Positions 8,125 to 16,633 of a DNA stretch of 27,616 bases are shown piece by piece; positions within the stretch are counted from its first letter, which is position 1; the number at the start of each line of letters is the position of its first letter. The notes under the pieces are model-generated. The model worked only from the letters and a program-made list of their open reading frames with translations. It made no database searches and was not told the origin of the DNA. Source of the DNA: a virus (Duplodnaviria > Heunggongvirae > Uroviricota > Caudoviricetes); the IMG/VR virus record IMGVR_UViG_3300029887_000004, one strand, 5' to 3'. The position numbers and the translations under genes are program-made.

Positions 8125-8364
8125 CTAAATTCCGAGTAAATCTTCTAATTCTCTCATCCGATCATGCTTAAAACCAATACATACAAGTGCCTGAAGAATA
8201 CCTTCTGAATATCCTCTGTGATTTTCAGCTTTCATCCGTAAAATTTCAAAATGCACTCTGCTATCGGTTTCATTTGCTTCTGTAAATTCTTTAATCGCCC
8301 GATTTGCATTTCGAATTCCTTCTTCCATAACTCTTTTACAATTTTCACATTCTGTTTTATTCAT
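8125..8364 (-). CDS. hypothetical protein
   Basis: 79-aa ORF. Confidence 0.7.
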   Translation of the reverse strand: MNKTECENCKRVMEEGIRNANRAIKEFTEANETDSRVHFEILRMKAENHRGYSEGILQALVCIGFKHDRMRELEDLLGI

Positions 8365-8444
8365 TTACATCGCTCTCACTTTCTGTTATAATAACTATTC
8401 AAGGAATTGGGGACTTACATGGAATTTCCATTGCCCCATTGTTG

Positions 8445-8537
8445 TTAGCCTTCAATATATTCCCAGGCTTCTCGTTCTGTTGGAAAAGCAATGCTGCATC
8501 CTGGGATATACCAGTTTCCGTATTTCATGTACGGCAT
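8445..8537 (-). CDS. 30-aa peptide
   Basis: Not in track. AAGGAGGTG RBS; MPYMKYGNWYIPGCSIAFPTEREAWEYIEG. Confidence 0.65.
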   Translation of the reverse strand: MPYMKYGNWYIPGCSIAFPTEREAWEYIEG

Positions 8538-8567
8538 AGCTACACACCTCCTTGTATGTATTTATAG

Positions 8568-8596
8568 AAAAAGCAGAGAACGCCATCTCTGCTTTT
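8568..8596. terminator. terminator-like hairpin, possibly bidirectional
   Basis: AAAAAGCAGAGA-ACGCCA-TCTCTGCTTTT. Confidence 0.75.
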
Positions 8597-8659
8597 ATCT
8601 ATCTCGTTATGTTATTCTCTCTTTTGGAATTGCTATTCTATCCGTAAAAATCTACATTT

Positions 8660-8872
8660 TTACTCTCCAACCTCAAACAATTCGTCACCGGAAAAATCAA
8701 CCATATCTTGTAAAACGGCATGAGCAAATTCCTTTGCATAGTCTGTCCATATCTTATATTGTAATTCTTCCGGATTTAATTCATTAAGTCCATAATCTTT
8801 GACGAGTGCCTTTATAATGTTTTTCATTCTGTATTCATAATTTTCTTCAGTAGTGTGAATATGCATATACAT
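8660..8872 (-). CDS. hypothetical protein
   Basis: 70-aa ORF with GGAGG RBS. Confidence 0.7.
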   Translation of the reverse strand: MYMHIHTTEENYEYRMKNIIKALVKDYGLNELNPEELQYKIWTDYAKEFAHAVLQDMVDFSGDELFEVGE

Positions 8873-8875
8873 AAT

Positions 8876-9085
8876 TTAAACCTCCTCATAATCTTCAAGT
8901 AATTCTTTTAAATTTCCTTTTCTCCATCTATGTAGTTTTCTATCTCCTAATAGATTTTTAACATTGACTTCTGTCCAGTACATATACTGTTTGACGGCAT
9001 TGTGATAATATCCGTCATTATGAACTTCAATATATTTATTTTTATTTTTCTTATTTCTATAGATTTTTATTACCACAATTTTCAC
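8876..9085 (-). CDS. hypothetical basic protein
   Basis: 69-aa ORF. Confidence 0.7.
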   Translation of the reverse strand: MKIVVIKIYRNKKNKNKYIEVHNDGYYHNAVKQYMYWTEVNVKNLLGDRKLHRWRKGNLKELLEDYEEV

Positions 9086-9097
9086 CGTCTCTCTTTT

Positions 9098-9289
9098 TCA
9101 AATCTCTTCAAGAATCCATTTCTCAACAAAATCAAGTACAGCTTCAGGGATAACACCATCTATTCCTTCGCCATAATTGAATGTTTTTCCTACAAGTGTT
9201 GTTTCAAACTTAATGTCCTCGTTGTATATAATTTTATATGTTCTTAATCTACCAACTTCTCTTACTAATTCGACTCTCAAAACATTCAT
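9098..9289 (-). CDS. hypothetical protein
   Basis: 63-aa ORF with AAGGA RBS. Confidence 0.7.
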   Translation of the reverse strand: MNVLRVELVREVGRLRTYKIIYNEDIKFETTLVGKTFNYGEGIDGVIPEAVLDFVEKWILEEI

Positions 9290-9337
9290 TCTTTTTTATC
9301 CTTTTCATTATTATTTGAATTAATTCACGTATTGTTT

Positions 9338-9736
9338 TTACACATCCATAGAAATGCAATGGTAAGCCCACCATCTTCCATTTCTTTCAACAAGTTTGTA
9401 CCAACTCGTAAATCTCTGTCCCGTACAATCAAACACAGAAGGAACACATTCCATATATTCATTATATTGGAACCATTCATCCGCTGTTTCCCTTGTAGTG
9501 ATTTCTTCTGGAAGTCGAAGTAATTCAATATACCCGTCAATTCCATTTTCATGCACAATATGTCTTTCTGGTTTTTCATTCTCTCGTTTATAAATTTCAC
9601 GAATTTTTCTTTTCCTTTTGAGAATTTTATCTCCGCATATTTCATTTACATCGTATCCTTGCTGTTCACACAGTTCTTTACAAATTTGAATCGCCTCATA
9701 GTATCCCCATAATCTGTGCTTTGTCTCATAATCCAT
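9338..9736 (-). CDS. hypothetical phage protein
   Basis: 132-aa ORF with FDCTGQRFT motif; GGAG RBS. Confidence 0.8.
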   Translation of the reverse strand: MDYETKHRLWGYYEAIQICKELCEQQGYDVNEICGDKILKRKRKIREIYKRENEKPERHIVHENGIDGYIELLRLPEEITTRETADEWFQYNEYMECVPSVFDCTGQRFTSWYKLVERNGRWWAYHCISMDV

Positions 9737-9756
9737 ATTTCACATCTCCATTTTAT

Positions 9757-9939
9757 CTATTCCAGATCCGCAAATCTGCCATCGTAATTCTGTTTCCACG
9801 ACCTATAAACTCCGTTTGTATCACGAAACTCTAAGTAATATGCCTCTCTCCATTCCCACGGCTCCTGTCATGCAATCTCTTTAATTGTACAAACAATGCC
9901 CTGACAATGAATTCTATCTCCTGGCCGTAAGTCTCTCAT
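9757..9939 (-). pseudogene. small hypothetical gene with in-frame TGA at 9868-9870
   Basis: GGAG RBS; MRDLRPGDRIHCQGIVCTIKEIA*QEPWEWREAYYLEFRDTNGVYRSWKQNYDGRFADLE. Confidence 0.7.
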
Positions 9940-9962
9940 AATTATTCTCCCTTCTCTGTAAT

Positions 9963-9999
9963 AAAATAGGCAGCTAGGTATTTATTCTCCTAACTGCCT
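9963..9999 (-). terminator. intrinsic terminator
   Basis: AGGCAGTTAGG/CCTAGCTGCCT stem then ATTTT. Confidence 0.65.
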
Positions 10000-10008
10000 T
10001 GCTGTATT

Positions 10009-10230
10009 TTAATCATTATAAGGTTCATAAAGATTCCGAACTGTTGTCATACATTTCATCATCAACCCGAAATCATTAAGTCTATCAAGATCTTTGATGA
10101 TCGTCGTGTCACCGCACACATTGATAAGAATACATTTCGCATTCTCACAATAATCTACTGTGACGCGTCCTTCGTTTGTATATACGTTTTCCTCAAACAT
10201 CTCATTCATTTTCTTGATCCAGTTTTCCAT
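10009..10230 (-). CDS. hypothetical protein
   Basis: 73-aa ORF with AAGGAGG RBS. Confidence 0.75.
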   Translation of the reverse strand: MENWIKKMNEMFEENVYTNEGRVTVDYCENAKCILINVCGDTTIIKDLDRLNDFGLMMKCMTTVRNLYEPYND

Positions 10231-10243
10231 TATGTATTCCTCC

Positions 10244-10468
10244 TTACTTTACCTTCATCAGCAGCTTACCAAGTTCATTTGCATCTACCACACTACAGAT
10301 CGCAGTTGCCTTCGTGCTTTCAGTTCCATCTTTCCGTGAAAACTTCGTGACCATGTATACCTTATCAGGCATTTCTTTGCCATCAACAGTGTAATGTCCG
10401 ATTTCCACTGTGTTTTTACCAATAGTTCCAATTTCTCTTGTCTTGCTGTAAATAAATTCTTTTGCCAT
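10244..10468 (-). CDS. hypothetical protein, possibly PC4/YdbC-like ssDNA-binding
   Basis: GGAGG RBS; EFIYSKTREIGTI...KATAICSVVDANELGKLL loosely resembles YdbC. Confidence 0.45.
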   Translation of the reverse strand: MAKEFIYSKTREIGTIGKNTVEIGHYTVDGKEMPDKVYMVTKFSRKDGTESTKATAICSVVDANELGKLLMKVK

Positions 10469-10471
10469 GAT

Positions 10472-10642
10472 TTAGTCCTCCGTTTCAATTTCATTCCCAT
10501 CATCATCTTCCAACCAATATTTTAGACCGAGATAATCTGTATCTCTCAAATTTTCTACTAGCATTTTCGCTTTCGGAACAGAAACAGTTGATTTTAATTT
10601 TCTGGCTTGTGTTTCTACACCATCACTTGCTACAACGTACAC
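10472..10642 (-). CDS. hypothetical protein (56 aa)
   Basis: Not in track. GGAGG RBS, GTG start; MYVVASDGVETQARKLKST...YWLEDDDGNEIETED. Confidence 0.65.
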   Translation of the reverse strand: MYVVASDGVETQARKLKSTVSVPKAKMLVENLRDTDYLGLKYWLEDDDGNEIETED

Positions 10643-10824
10643 ATTCCCTTGCCTCCTTCCATTACAGATTTTCTTGTTGCAAATAATCGACCGTCAAGAC
10701 TCATATATACATCAACCATTGTATTTTCTGTTCTTACATACAAAACGGTCATATGCCGCAAAGTGTCCTTCTGTATATACAGTACGGGTTCATACCGATC
10801 AAAGATTTTTATCCAAATCACCAT
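10630..10824 (-). CDS. hypothetical protein
   Basis: 64-aa ORF overlapping both neighbours. Confidence 0.65.
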   Translation of the reverse strand: MVIWIKIFDRYEPVLYIQKDTLRHMTVLYVRTENTMVDVYMSLDGRLFATRKSVMEGGKGMCTL

Positions 10825-11120
10825 AAAATCGCTTTCCTTTCTGTGATTACTAACAGCCCGAATAAAATGAACGTTACCCCTAACGGCCAGGTATCGCTTG
10901 CATATCTAATGAGTAGATATCCAACAATCATAAGCATCACACAAAAGATTTTCTGTGCTATGTATTTACGGCGTTCTATTTCTCTTTTGCGCCTTGCTTT
11001 CTCTTTTTGAATTTCCATTTCGCGCTGCTGTTCGATGTGCTGACGGTACTTTTCATAGTCGGTAATGTCAACAATATTGTAATGATCCGGATCGAACACG
11101 GCGCAATGTGGGACTTTCAT
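10818..11120 (-). CDS. membrane protein with two C-terminal TM helices
   Basis: IFCVMLMIVGYLLI and WPLGVTFILFGLLVI. Confidence 0.75.
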   Translation of the reverse strand: MKVPHCAVFDPDHYNIVDITDYEKYRQHIEQQREMEIQKEKARRKREIERRKYIAQKIFCVMLMIVGYLLIRYASDTWPLGVTFILFGLLVITERKAILW

Positions 11121-11361
11121 TTTTCTTCATTCCTTTCACTTTTTTATTCGACACAAGGTTATTCTCTTTAATCAGTCTTGCTTTTACTTCTCTATTCAGC
11201 CGTGTATTTACTTCAATTCTCTTGTGAGTTACACGGTTTAAATAATGTAAGTGTGATCCAGTACCATCTCTTCCGTTCACTCTTGTTTCTCTGAATCCAT
11301 TAGGAAATAAATATTCCCTTTCAAAATCCAGAACTTCCTTTGGCTTTCGTCGTCTCGACAT
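11068..11361 (-). CDS. HicA-like toxin family protein (solitary)
   Basis: NGFRETR...GSHLHY...RIEV...RLIKENNL matches the HicA pattern including the GSH histidine. Confidence 0.6.
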   Translation of the reverse strand: MSRRRKPKEVLDFEREYLFPNGFRETRVNGRDGTGSHLHYLNRVTHKRIEVNTRLNREVKARLIKENNLVSNKKVKGMKKNESPTLRRVRSGSLQYC

Positions 11362-11771
11362 TATTCATCATCTCCTTTTAATAATCCGAAAAATTCTAAT
11401 TCTGCATCATCCATAGCACATTCATTCATGAAATATTCGTACTGTTCTTCATCTGTCATATTACATTCTTCCAGAAGAGTATCTTTCCATTGTGTTGCAA
11501 GTTCTTCCAGGCGTGAACGTGGAATATAATAATTTTCCGTTTTGTAACGAAATGAATCAATCGCATTCTGTAAAACAAAGATTTCTGGCGTTCCACAGGT
11601 TCCATAATTTCCATACATCCATGAGGCAGCAGTGTAAGCCCAACTTCCATCAGCACAGATGTCGGATACGATCTTGTACTCTTCTGTGTTTTCCATTTTG
11701 ATGAGTGCGTACTCTTTCTTTTGAGCAATGATTTCATAATCAAAGCCAGCTGGATTATGTCGTGTTTCCAT
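11361..11771 (-). CDS. hypothetical protein
   Basis: 136-aa ORF with GGGAG RBS. Confidence 0.8.
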   Translation of the reverse strand: METRHNPAGFDYEIIAQKKEYALIKMENTEEYKIVSDICADGSWAYTAASWMYGNYGTCGTPEIFVLQNAIDSFRYKTENYYIPRSRLEELATQWKDTLLEECNMTDEEQYEYFMNECAMDDAELEFFGLLKGDDE

Positions 11772-11789
11772 TTTATTCTCCCTTCTTCC

Positions 11790-12035
11790 TTATACAAATT
11801 CGATTAGATTAATTCCTAAGTTCTCCTCTAACGATTCAAGGAAAATTTCTCCATCTTCTTTGTTTTTGCAGTAATTCACCAAAGATGTCACACGTAATTC
11901 ATTGTCGCTTTCCTGCAATTTCCCTTCAAACATCGCACAAACTTCATTCCAAAGATCATCGTTTGTTTCCAGCTCTACAGATAAATCTGTAAACCGTTTC
12001 TGTTTTAATAAGTTGTACCGTAATGTTTCTTTCAT
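11790..12035 (-). CDS. hypothetical protein
   Basis: Start moved to ATG 12035 (MKETLRY). Confidence 0.7.
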   Translation of the reverse strand: MKETLRYNLLKQKRFTDLSVELETNDDLWNEVCAMFEGKLQESDNELRVTSLVNYCKNKEDGEIFLESLEENLGINLIEFV

Positions 12036-12253
12036 TTTCTCTTCCTCTCTTTCTCGTGATTGAATCAAATAATCACATCAGCACAGACAAGGTAACTTAC
12101 CTTCTCTGCACTGTCTAACTACTTAATTTTCACTTTCGCTTTCGGATAAATACTCTTCAAGTCCTGCATATTCGTCATCCGAAAGCAGATTCCGTAAATC
12201 ATCCATTGACATAATCATTATTCTCCTTTCTCGTTTGTGTTTTTGAGTGAAAG

Positions 12254-12289
12254 AAAACACCATCAGTTAGCTAGGCTGACGGTGTTTCT
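12254..12289 (-). terminator. intrinsic terminator
   Basis: AAACACCGTCAG/CTGATGGTGTTT stem with T-tail. Confidence 0.7.
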
Positions 12290-12379
12290 TCCTATATATA
12301 TGTGGAGGGATAAGGTGGTGCTTTCTTATTCCGAACTCCCTATGTAAAATATGTATATGTATTGCTTGCTATGTATTAT

Positions 12380-13314
12380 TTATTTTGCCTGTACAGGTTC
12401 TGGCTGAATCATAAATACATGTTTGCCTTCTGTTTTTCTTACATGTTTCCGTTTTGCCTTCTCAACAAGAATATCTTCCATGAATAAACTTGTTGCAATT
12501 TTAAAATCGAGCAACGGATATTTTGTAACCGCATTCGCTTTCAGAAAAAGAGGATCAATACCTCTTAAATATTTGACGAGAACTTCTGCATTTTCAGTTC
12601 TGGTATAAGGATACAGTTTATATACATCTCGTAATGCTCTCATCACATATGTACTATATCCATTTGCCTTTCTGTCAAAGCCTGCACGTTTGCAAATATC
12701 AAAAACATAATCTGCCACGTTTTCTCCCTTCTTGCAAAGATCGAGTGCCTCTGTATAGCTTCCTAATACTGATGCCCGCGCTTGCCAGAACTCTGTACAA
12801 ATTCAAAACCGTACTTACCTTTGAGCTGTTCAAGAATTTCTGTTGCTTTATCATGCATGATTAATCTAGCGCCGTGTGTCTGCGGAGCTGTCATTTTTGC
12901 AACAAATTTATTCTGGAAGGCATACATTTTAGCTTCATATATTCTTCTTTCCGTTGGATCTTGCGGTGCATTTAATGCAACCATAACCCGTAAATCATCT
13001 TTAGGATTTACAATCATCTGTGAAGCAATCCATCTGCCGTAACCATCAAAAAGGTAAATTTTGCCTTCTTCCCAGTGCGGGACGCCCTGTAACGGCTGAC
13101 ACTGGTTATCATCCCAATTCGAAACAAGATAATTTAAATTTCTGTCCGTTCTTGCTTCGATCTGATAAGATGGATCAATTTCCAACAAGTCAACCGGAAC
13201 TGAAAGAACCTCGTTTGGTGCATTTCTATCAACTGCATCTTTGAGTAAACCTTTTAACATTCCTACGTTCCCTTTGTTTTCTCTTCCTGTTACTTCTTTA
13301 AATTTCTTACACAT
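12380..13314 (-). pseudogene. ParB/Srx-like (DUF6551-like) gene split by a frameshift near 12776
   Basis: VPVDLLEIDPSYQ...IYLFDGYGRW ParB-like motifs; one extra G in GGG (12775-12777) joins both ORFs as GKRGASVLGSYTEALDLCKKGENVADYVF. Confidence 0.7.
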
Positions 13315-13372
13315 AATTTTATTCTCCTTTTTATGTTTTATTATTTTGAATTTCCCTTTGATTTTGAGCATA

Positions 13373-13403
13373 AAAATAACAGGTATATTTCAACCTGCTT
13401 TTC
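13373..13403 (-). terminator. terminator-like hairpin with conserved tail
   Basis: GCAGGT/ACCTGT stem then TATTTTTATGCTCAAAAT. Confidence 0.6.
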
Positions 13404-13415
13404 TATTCTCTGTGT

Positions 13416-13619
13416 TCAGTTTTCGAAACCACATAATGTATATGGTTCTAATGTACATACCATATAACAATATATAGCATTATCATACAGTATGTCATCT
13501 TCGGCAATTCGCTTCCAATTTTCAAGCGTTGCCTTTTCATTTTCTCTTAGTCCTCCACCGTATTCTTTCCAGATCGTATCACGGCTTGCAATGTTTAGTT
13601 CTGCAAGTCTACGATCCAT
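13416..13619 (-). CDS. hypothetical protein (start probably further upstream)
   Basis: Frame stays open about 20 codons upstream to an ATC behind AAAGGAG. Confidence 0.65.
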   Translation of the reverse strand: MDRRLAELNIASRDTIWKEYGGGLRENEKATLENWKRIAEDDILYDNAIYCYMVCTLEPYTLCGFEN

Positions 13620-13709
13620 TTGCCGTAAAGATTCTATACGGCGGTTTAGTGACCAGCTTTCTATTTTGCGTTGTGTGATTGTGCATCAGCTCCTTTCTGT
13701 AATTTTGCC

Positions 13710-14270
13710 TTACCGGATTCTATAATAAATTTCATCAATCATTCTTGCTCTTACTGCTCCGTCAAAGATATAGAAAGCTCCTGTTTCTTTGTCAATGAAT
13801 GCATTTCCGAAATCAACCTTTACAATCTTGCCGCATTCTCTCAGAACTTTTAATCCGGTTTTAGTCACAAGCTCTGTAATTTCTGTTTCTGTCATGAATG
13901 GATTTCCGTTTGCCTTTTCCAGAATTTTCTGATAGCAGATTTCCGCCAGTTCCCTTTCTGCTTCTTTCTGTTTGTAAAATGCCTGACGGCTGATGTCACG
14001 GAACAGATCGTCTAACGCTTCCTTTACCTGCTGCAAAGTAAGATATTCCTCGTGGAGTTTCTTGTATTTTCCTACAGACTCGTTGAATTTCCGTTCTTCC
14101 GCCAGCTTGTTGCAATACTGGACTGCTGCCGCAAATTCTGCTTCTGTCATATCACAGGTAAAGATGATGACTTCCGGTTTCTCTTTTGCTTCAAAGTCGA
14201 TTCCGGATAATGCAAGATAAGAATAAAAACTTGCGCTACTTGTTACTTTGATTTCAAATACTTTTCTCAT
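13710..14270 (-). CDS. hypothetical protein
   Basis: Start moved to ATG 14270 (MRKVFEIK) after AAAGGG. Confidence 0.8.
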   Translation of the reverse strand: MRKVFEIKVTSSASFYSYLALSGIDFEAKEKPEVIIFTCDMTEAEFAAAVQYCNKLAEERKFNESVGKYKKLHEEYLTLQQVKEALDDLFRDISRQAFYKQKEAERELAEICYQKILEKANGNPFMTETEITELVTKTGLKVLRECGKIVKVDFGNAFIDKETGAFYIFDGAVRARMIDEIYYRIR

Positions 14271-14354
14271 GATTTTTAATTTCCCTTTCTTAATTAATTT
14301 GATTATGTATATATTATGCATAATTATAAGTGCATAACTTATAATTCATAGTTC

Positions 14355-14528
14355 TTAGTGCGGCGAAATGATCCAGTTTCCGTTGTTCGCTTCGCCAAAA
14401 GCATAAACATACGCAATACACAGAAGAGATGGAATAATATTCCACATACTAGCTTCCAAACTGAGCATGAACCAGATTGCGCCGATCCATGCCAGGATAT
14501 AACTTACTTTTAAAATTTTATCTCTCAT
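14355..14528 (-). CDS. small membrane protein (57 aa)
   Basis: Not in track. AAGGAG RBS; MRDKILKVSYILAWIGAIWFMLSLEASMWNIIPSLLCIAYVYAF... Confidence 0.7.
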   Translation of the reverse strand: MRDKILKVSYILAWIGAIWFMLSLEASMWNIIPSLLCIAYVYAFGEANNGNWIISPH

Positions 14529-14587
14529 TTTTTTCTCCTTTGCTTTTTTGTTTTATTCTCTATTTGCCTTTTTCGAATTTTGAGTAC

Positions 14588-14623
14588 AAAAATAACAGCC
14601 ATCGTTTTCGTGATGGCTGCTAT
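14588..14623 (-). terminator. terminator after HigBA-like pair
   Basis: GCAGCCATC/GATGGCTGT stem then TATTTTTGTACTCAAAAT. Confidence 0.75.
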
Positions 14624-14654
14624 TAAAATGTATACAGTATTTAGTTTATAAGGA

Positions 14655-14936
14655 CTATTTCCGCAATGGGACAATATCTAATGTATATCCCATTGGTACA
14701 AGCAATTTAATAAGTGTGTCAATCTGCGGCACTGCTTTCATACTTTCCATTCTGGCGATCGCTGACTGTTTAACTCCGCTTGCCTTTGCAAGTTGGGTCT
14801 GAGAGAATCCGCTGGACTCTCTCATCTCCTTTACTTTCTCAATCAATGCGACTTCAAAATTGATTTCTGCCTTGTCTTCTTCGGAAAAATATTCCGGATC
14901 GTTGAACATATCTTCGAAATTTTTATGCGCTTTCAT
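14655..14936 (-). CDS. XRE HTH antitoxin (HigA-like)
   Basis: RESSGFSQTQLAKASGVKQSAIARMES...PQIDTLIKLL; directly downstream of toxin. Confidence 0.88.
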   Translation of the reverse strand: MKAHKNFEDMFNDPEYFSEEDKAEINFEVALIEKVKEMRESSGFSQTQLAKASGVKQSAIARMESMKAVPQIDTLIKLLVPMGYTLDIVPLRK

Positions 14937-14938
14937 AG

Positions 14939-15301
14939 CTATTTTCCCTCTCTTTCTAACCAGTCTCGCATATTTGCCTTTGCCTTTTCGATTTCTCTTT
15001 TCGGCGCTTTCTGCGACTTTTTCATGTAATGACTTAGTAACACAAACTTATTCTCTTTCCAGTAGAAGAAGAAAATTCGATTCTTTAATGGTCGCAGTTC
15101 CCAAACATCTCCTTCGATCGGTCGGACTACAGGATATCCGATTCTTGTGCCGTTTCGCTTAAGCAACAAAATATATTCTGCAATCTTGTTCATGTTGATT
15201 CTTGCGTTTTTATCTGTCTTTGCCTTTTCCGCAAGCTCTGCGAAATATTCTCCAATTTCGCAATGATCGTTTGCGTCCTTATAAAATTCTACTGTATACA
15301 T
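14939..15301 (-). CDS. RelE/ParE superfamily toxin (HigB/Gp49-like)
   Basis: YTVEFY...GDVWELRP..NRIFFF...FVLLSHYMKKSQKAPKREIEKA. Confidence 0.9.
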   Translation of the reverse strand: MYTVEFYKDANDHCEIGEYFAELAEKAKTDKNARINMNKIAEYILLLKRNGTRIGYPVVRPIEGDVWELRPLKNRIFFFYWKENKFVLLSHYMKKSQKAPKREIEKAKANMRDWLEREGK

Positions 15302-15328
15302 TTATTATATTCCTCCTTCGTCAAGTTT

Positions 15329-15357
15329 ATTATAACATATTTGTTATAACTGTACAA
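15329..15357 (-). promoter_or_regulatory. sigmaA promoter of the TA pair with operator palindrome
   Basis: TTGTAC, 17 bp, TATAAT; palindrome TTATAACA-TATT-TGTTATAA at 15330-15349. Confidence 0.8.
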
Positions 15358-15379
15358 GATAGAATTTTATGTTTGCCTT

Positions 15380-15766
15380 TTAGTTTTCTCTTGTCAGTCC
15401 GAAAATCTCATAAACGTTTCCATCTTTTGTATAAATTCGGATTTTGCCTTCTGCCTTTTCTACGTCTACAATGTCATTAAGTCCCACGTATGCCTTGTTG
15501 AACTCATATTCGTTTGCAGACTTATAGGCGTAAAATTCATAGCCGTCACTTGTCATAAGTGCCAGTTCTTCGCCGTTAGTATTCCAATCTACTACGTCAG
15601 CAATAAACGAATCGGCGTAGCTGTAATCATGTTCGGCGGAATAGTCAAGTTTTCGGTTGTTGGTTTCCGTTGCGGAGTTCTGCCGTGATACGGTTGTATT
15701 GATCGCTGCGATTCCGGAAAAGATAGTTGTTGCTGTTAAGAGTGTGATGACTAATTTTTTGAACAT
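15380..15766 (-). CDS. putative secreted protein
   Basis: Signal-peptide-like MFKKLVITLLTATTIFSGIAA; GGAGG RBS. Confidence 0.75.
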   Translation of the reverse strand: MFKKLVITLLTATTIFSGIAAINTTVSRQNSATETNNRKLDYSAEHDYSYADSFIADVVDWNTNGEELALMTSDGYEFYAYKSANEYEFNKAYVGLNDIVDVEKAEGKIRIYTKDGNVYEIFGLTREN

Positions 15767-15840
15767 AGTTCTGTTCCTCCTTTTTGGTTTGCGTTTGGAT
15801 TTGCGTTTTTAGTTTGAAAATCAAAATTAAAAAAGGGCAT

Positions 15841-15876
15841 AAAAAAAGCACCCTAACCAAAAATGGTTAGAGTGCC
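15841..15876 (-). terminator. intrinsic terminator
   Basis: GCACTCTAACCA/TGGTTAGGGTGC stem then T7. Confidence 0.8.
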
Positions 15877-15887
15877 TGATATACCTA

Positions 15888-16166
15888 TTACAATTTTTCT
15901 AATTTCTCTTGCAAAGCTGCAATCTGAGATTGCAATTCTGCTTTTTCTTTTGCGTTGTCAGCGTCATCAAAAATGACGTCAACAATATCATTGGGTGTAC
16001 AACGAAAATATTCACATAATTTCCCTATTGTTTCCATTGTGACACTTTCATTTTTCCGCAGATGATCAAGTGTACTTCCCCCAACGCCAACTTCTTTTTT
16101 TAAATCTAAATGTTTTATATTTTCGCTTTTCATTCTGTCGAAAAGTTTTGAATAATCTAATTTCAT
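15888..16166 (-). CDS. Cro/C1-type (XRE) transcriptional regulator
   Basis: LDYSKL...DLKKEVGVGGSTLDHLRKNESVTMETIGKLCEYFRCTPNDI; ATG 16166 after GGAGG. Confidence 0.88.
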   Translation of the reverse strand: MKLDYSKLFDRMKSENIKHLDLKKEVGVGGSTLDHLRKNESVTMETIGKLCEYFRCTPNDIVDVIFDDADNAKEKAELQSQIAALQEKLEKL

Positions 16167-16205
16167 TTTCTTTTTCCTCCTCACCTCCATTCTATCATAT
16201 AATTT

Positions 16206-16631
16206 TTAATTATACAATACAGTATAAGACTGTGGAAAATCATGCAAGGTTCTTTTTGCGCATTCATAATCCGTGACGGTTCCGCAGAACTTGCCCAGGA
16301 ACTCGCCACCAGTTCCCTTCTTCTTTGCACGTTCATGGCGCATCATGGCAGAATAGTTCCCGTTGTACTTTTTGCCTTCTGCCTTGCGCCGCTGCCGTGA
16401 TTCTCGGATCTGGAAATCCCACAACATTTCCGTGTATTTATTTTGTGCGGTCGTGACAATCCAACGGGAACCGTCCCACACTTCTATTCTGATTCTGCCT
16501 TTATTGTGCCGTTTGAAAGCATCCGGCAAAGCTACGATCATAGTTCCGTTTGAAGCGGAAAGAATAATCGTGTTCATTGGAAAATCTACCTTGTGAATTT
16601 CCTCAGATCTAAATATCTTATACACTTTCAT
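16206..16631 (-). CDS. hypothetical basic protein
   Basis: 141-aa ORF with GGAGG RBS. Confidence 0.8.
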   Translation of the reverse strand: MKVYKIFRSEEIHKVDFPMNTIILSASNGTMIVALPDAFKRHNKGRIRIEVWDGSRWIVTTAQNKYTEMLWDFQIRESRQRRKAEGKKYNGNYSAMMRHERAKKKGTGGEFLGKFCGTVTDYECAKRTLHDFPQSYTVLYN

Positions 16632-16633
16632 TT

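Noticed and set aside
3408..9939. Element-wide TGA recoding (code 4 or 25)
   Set aside because: Only two in-frame TGAs with different likely residues; TGA ends many genes and TGG is used for Trp throughout.
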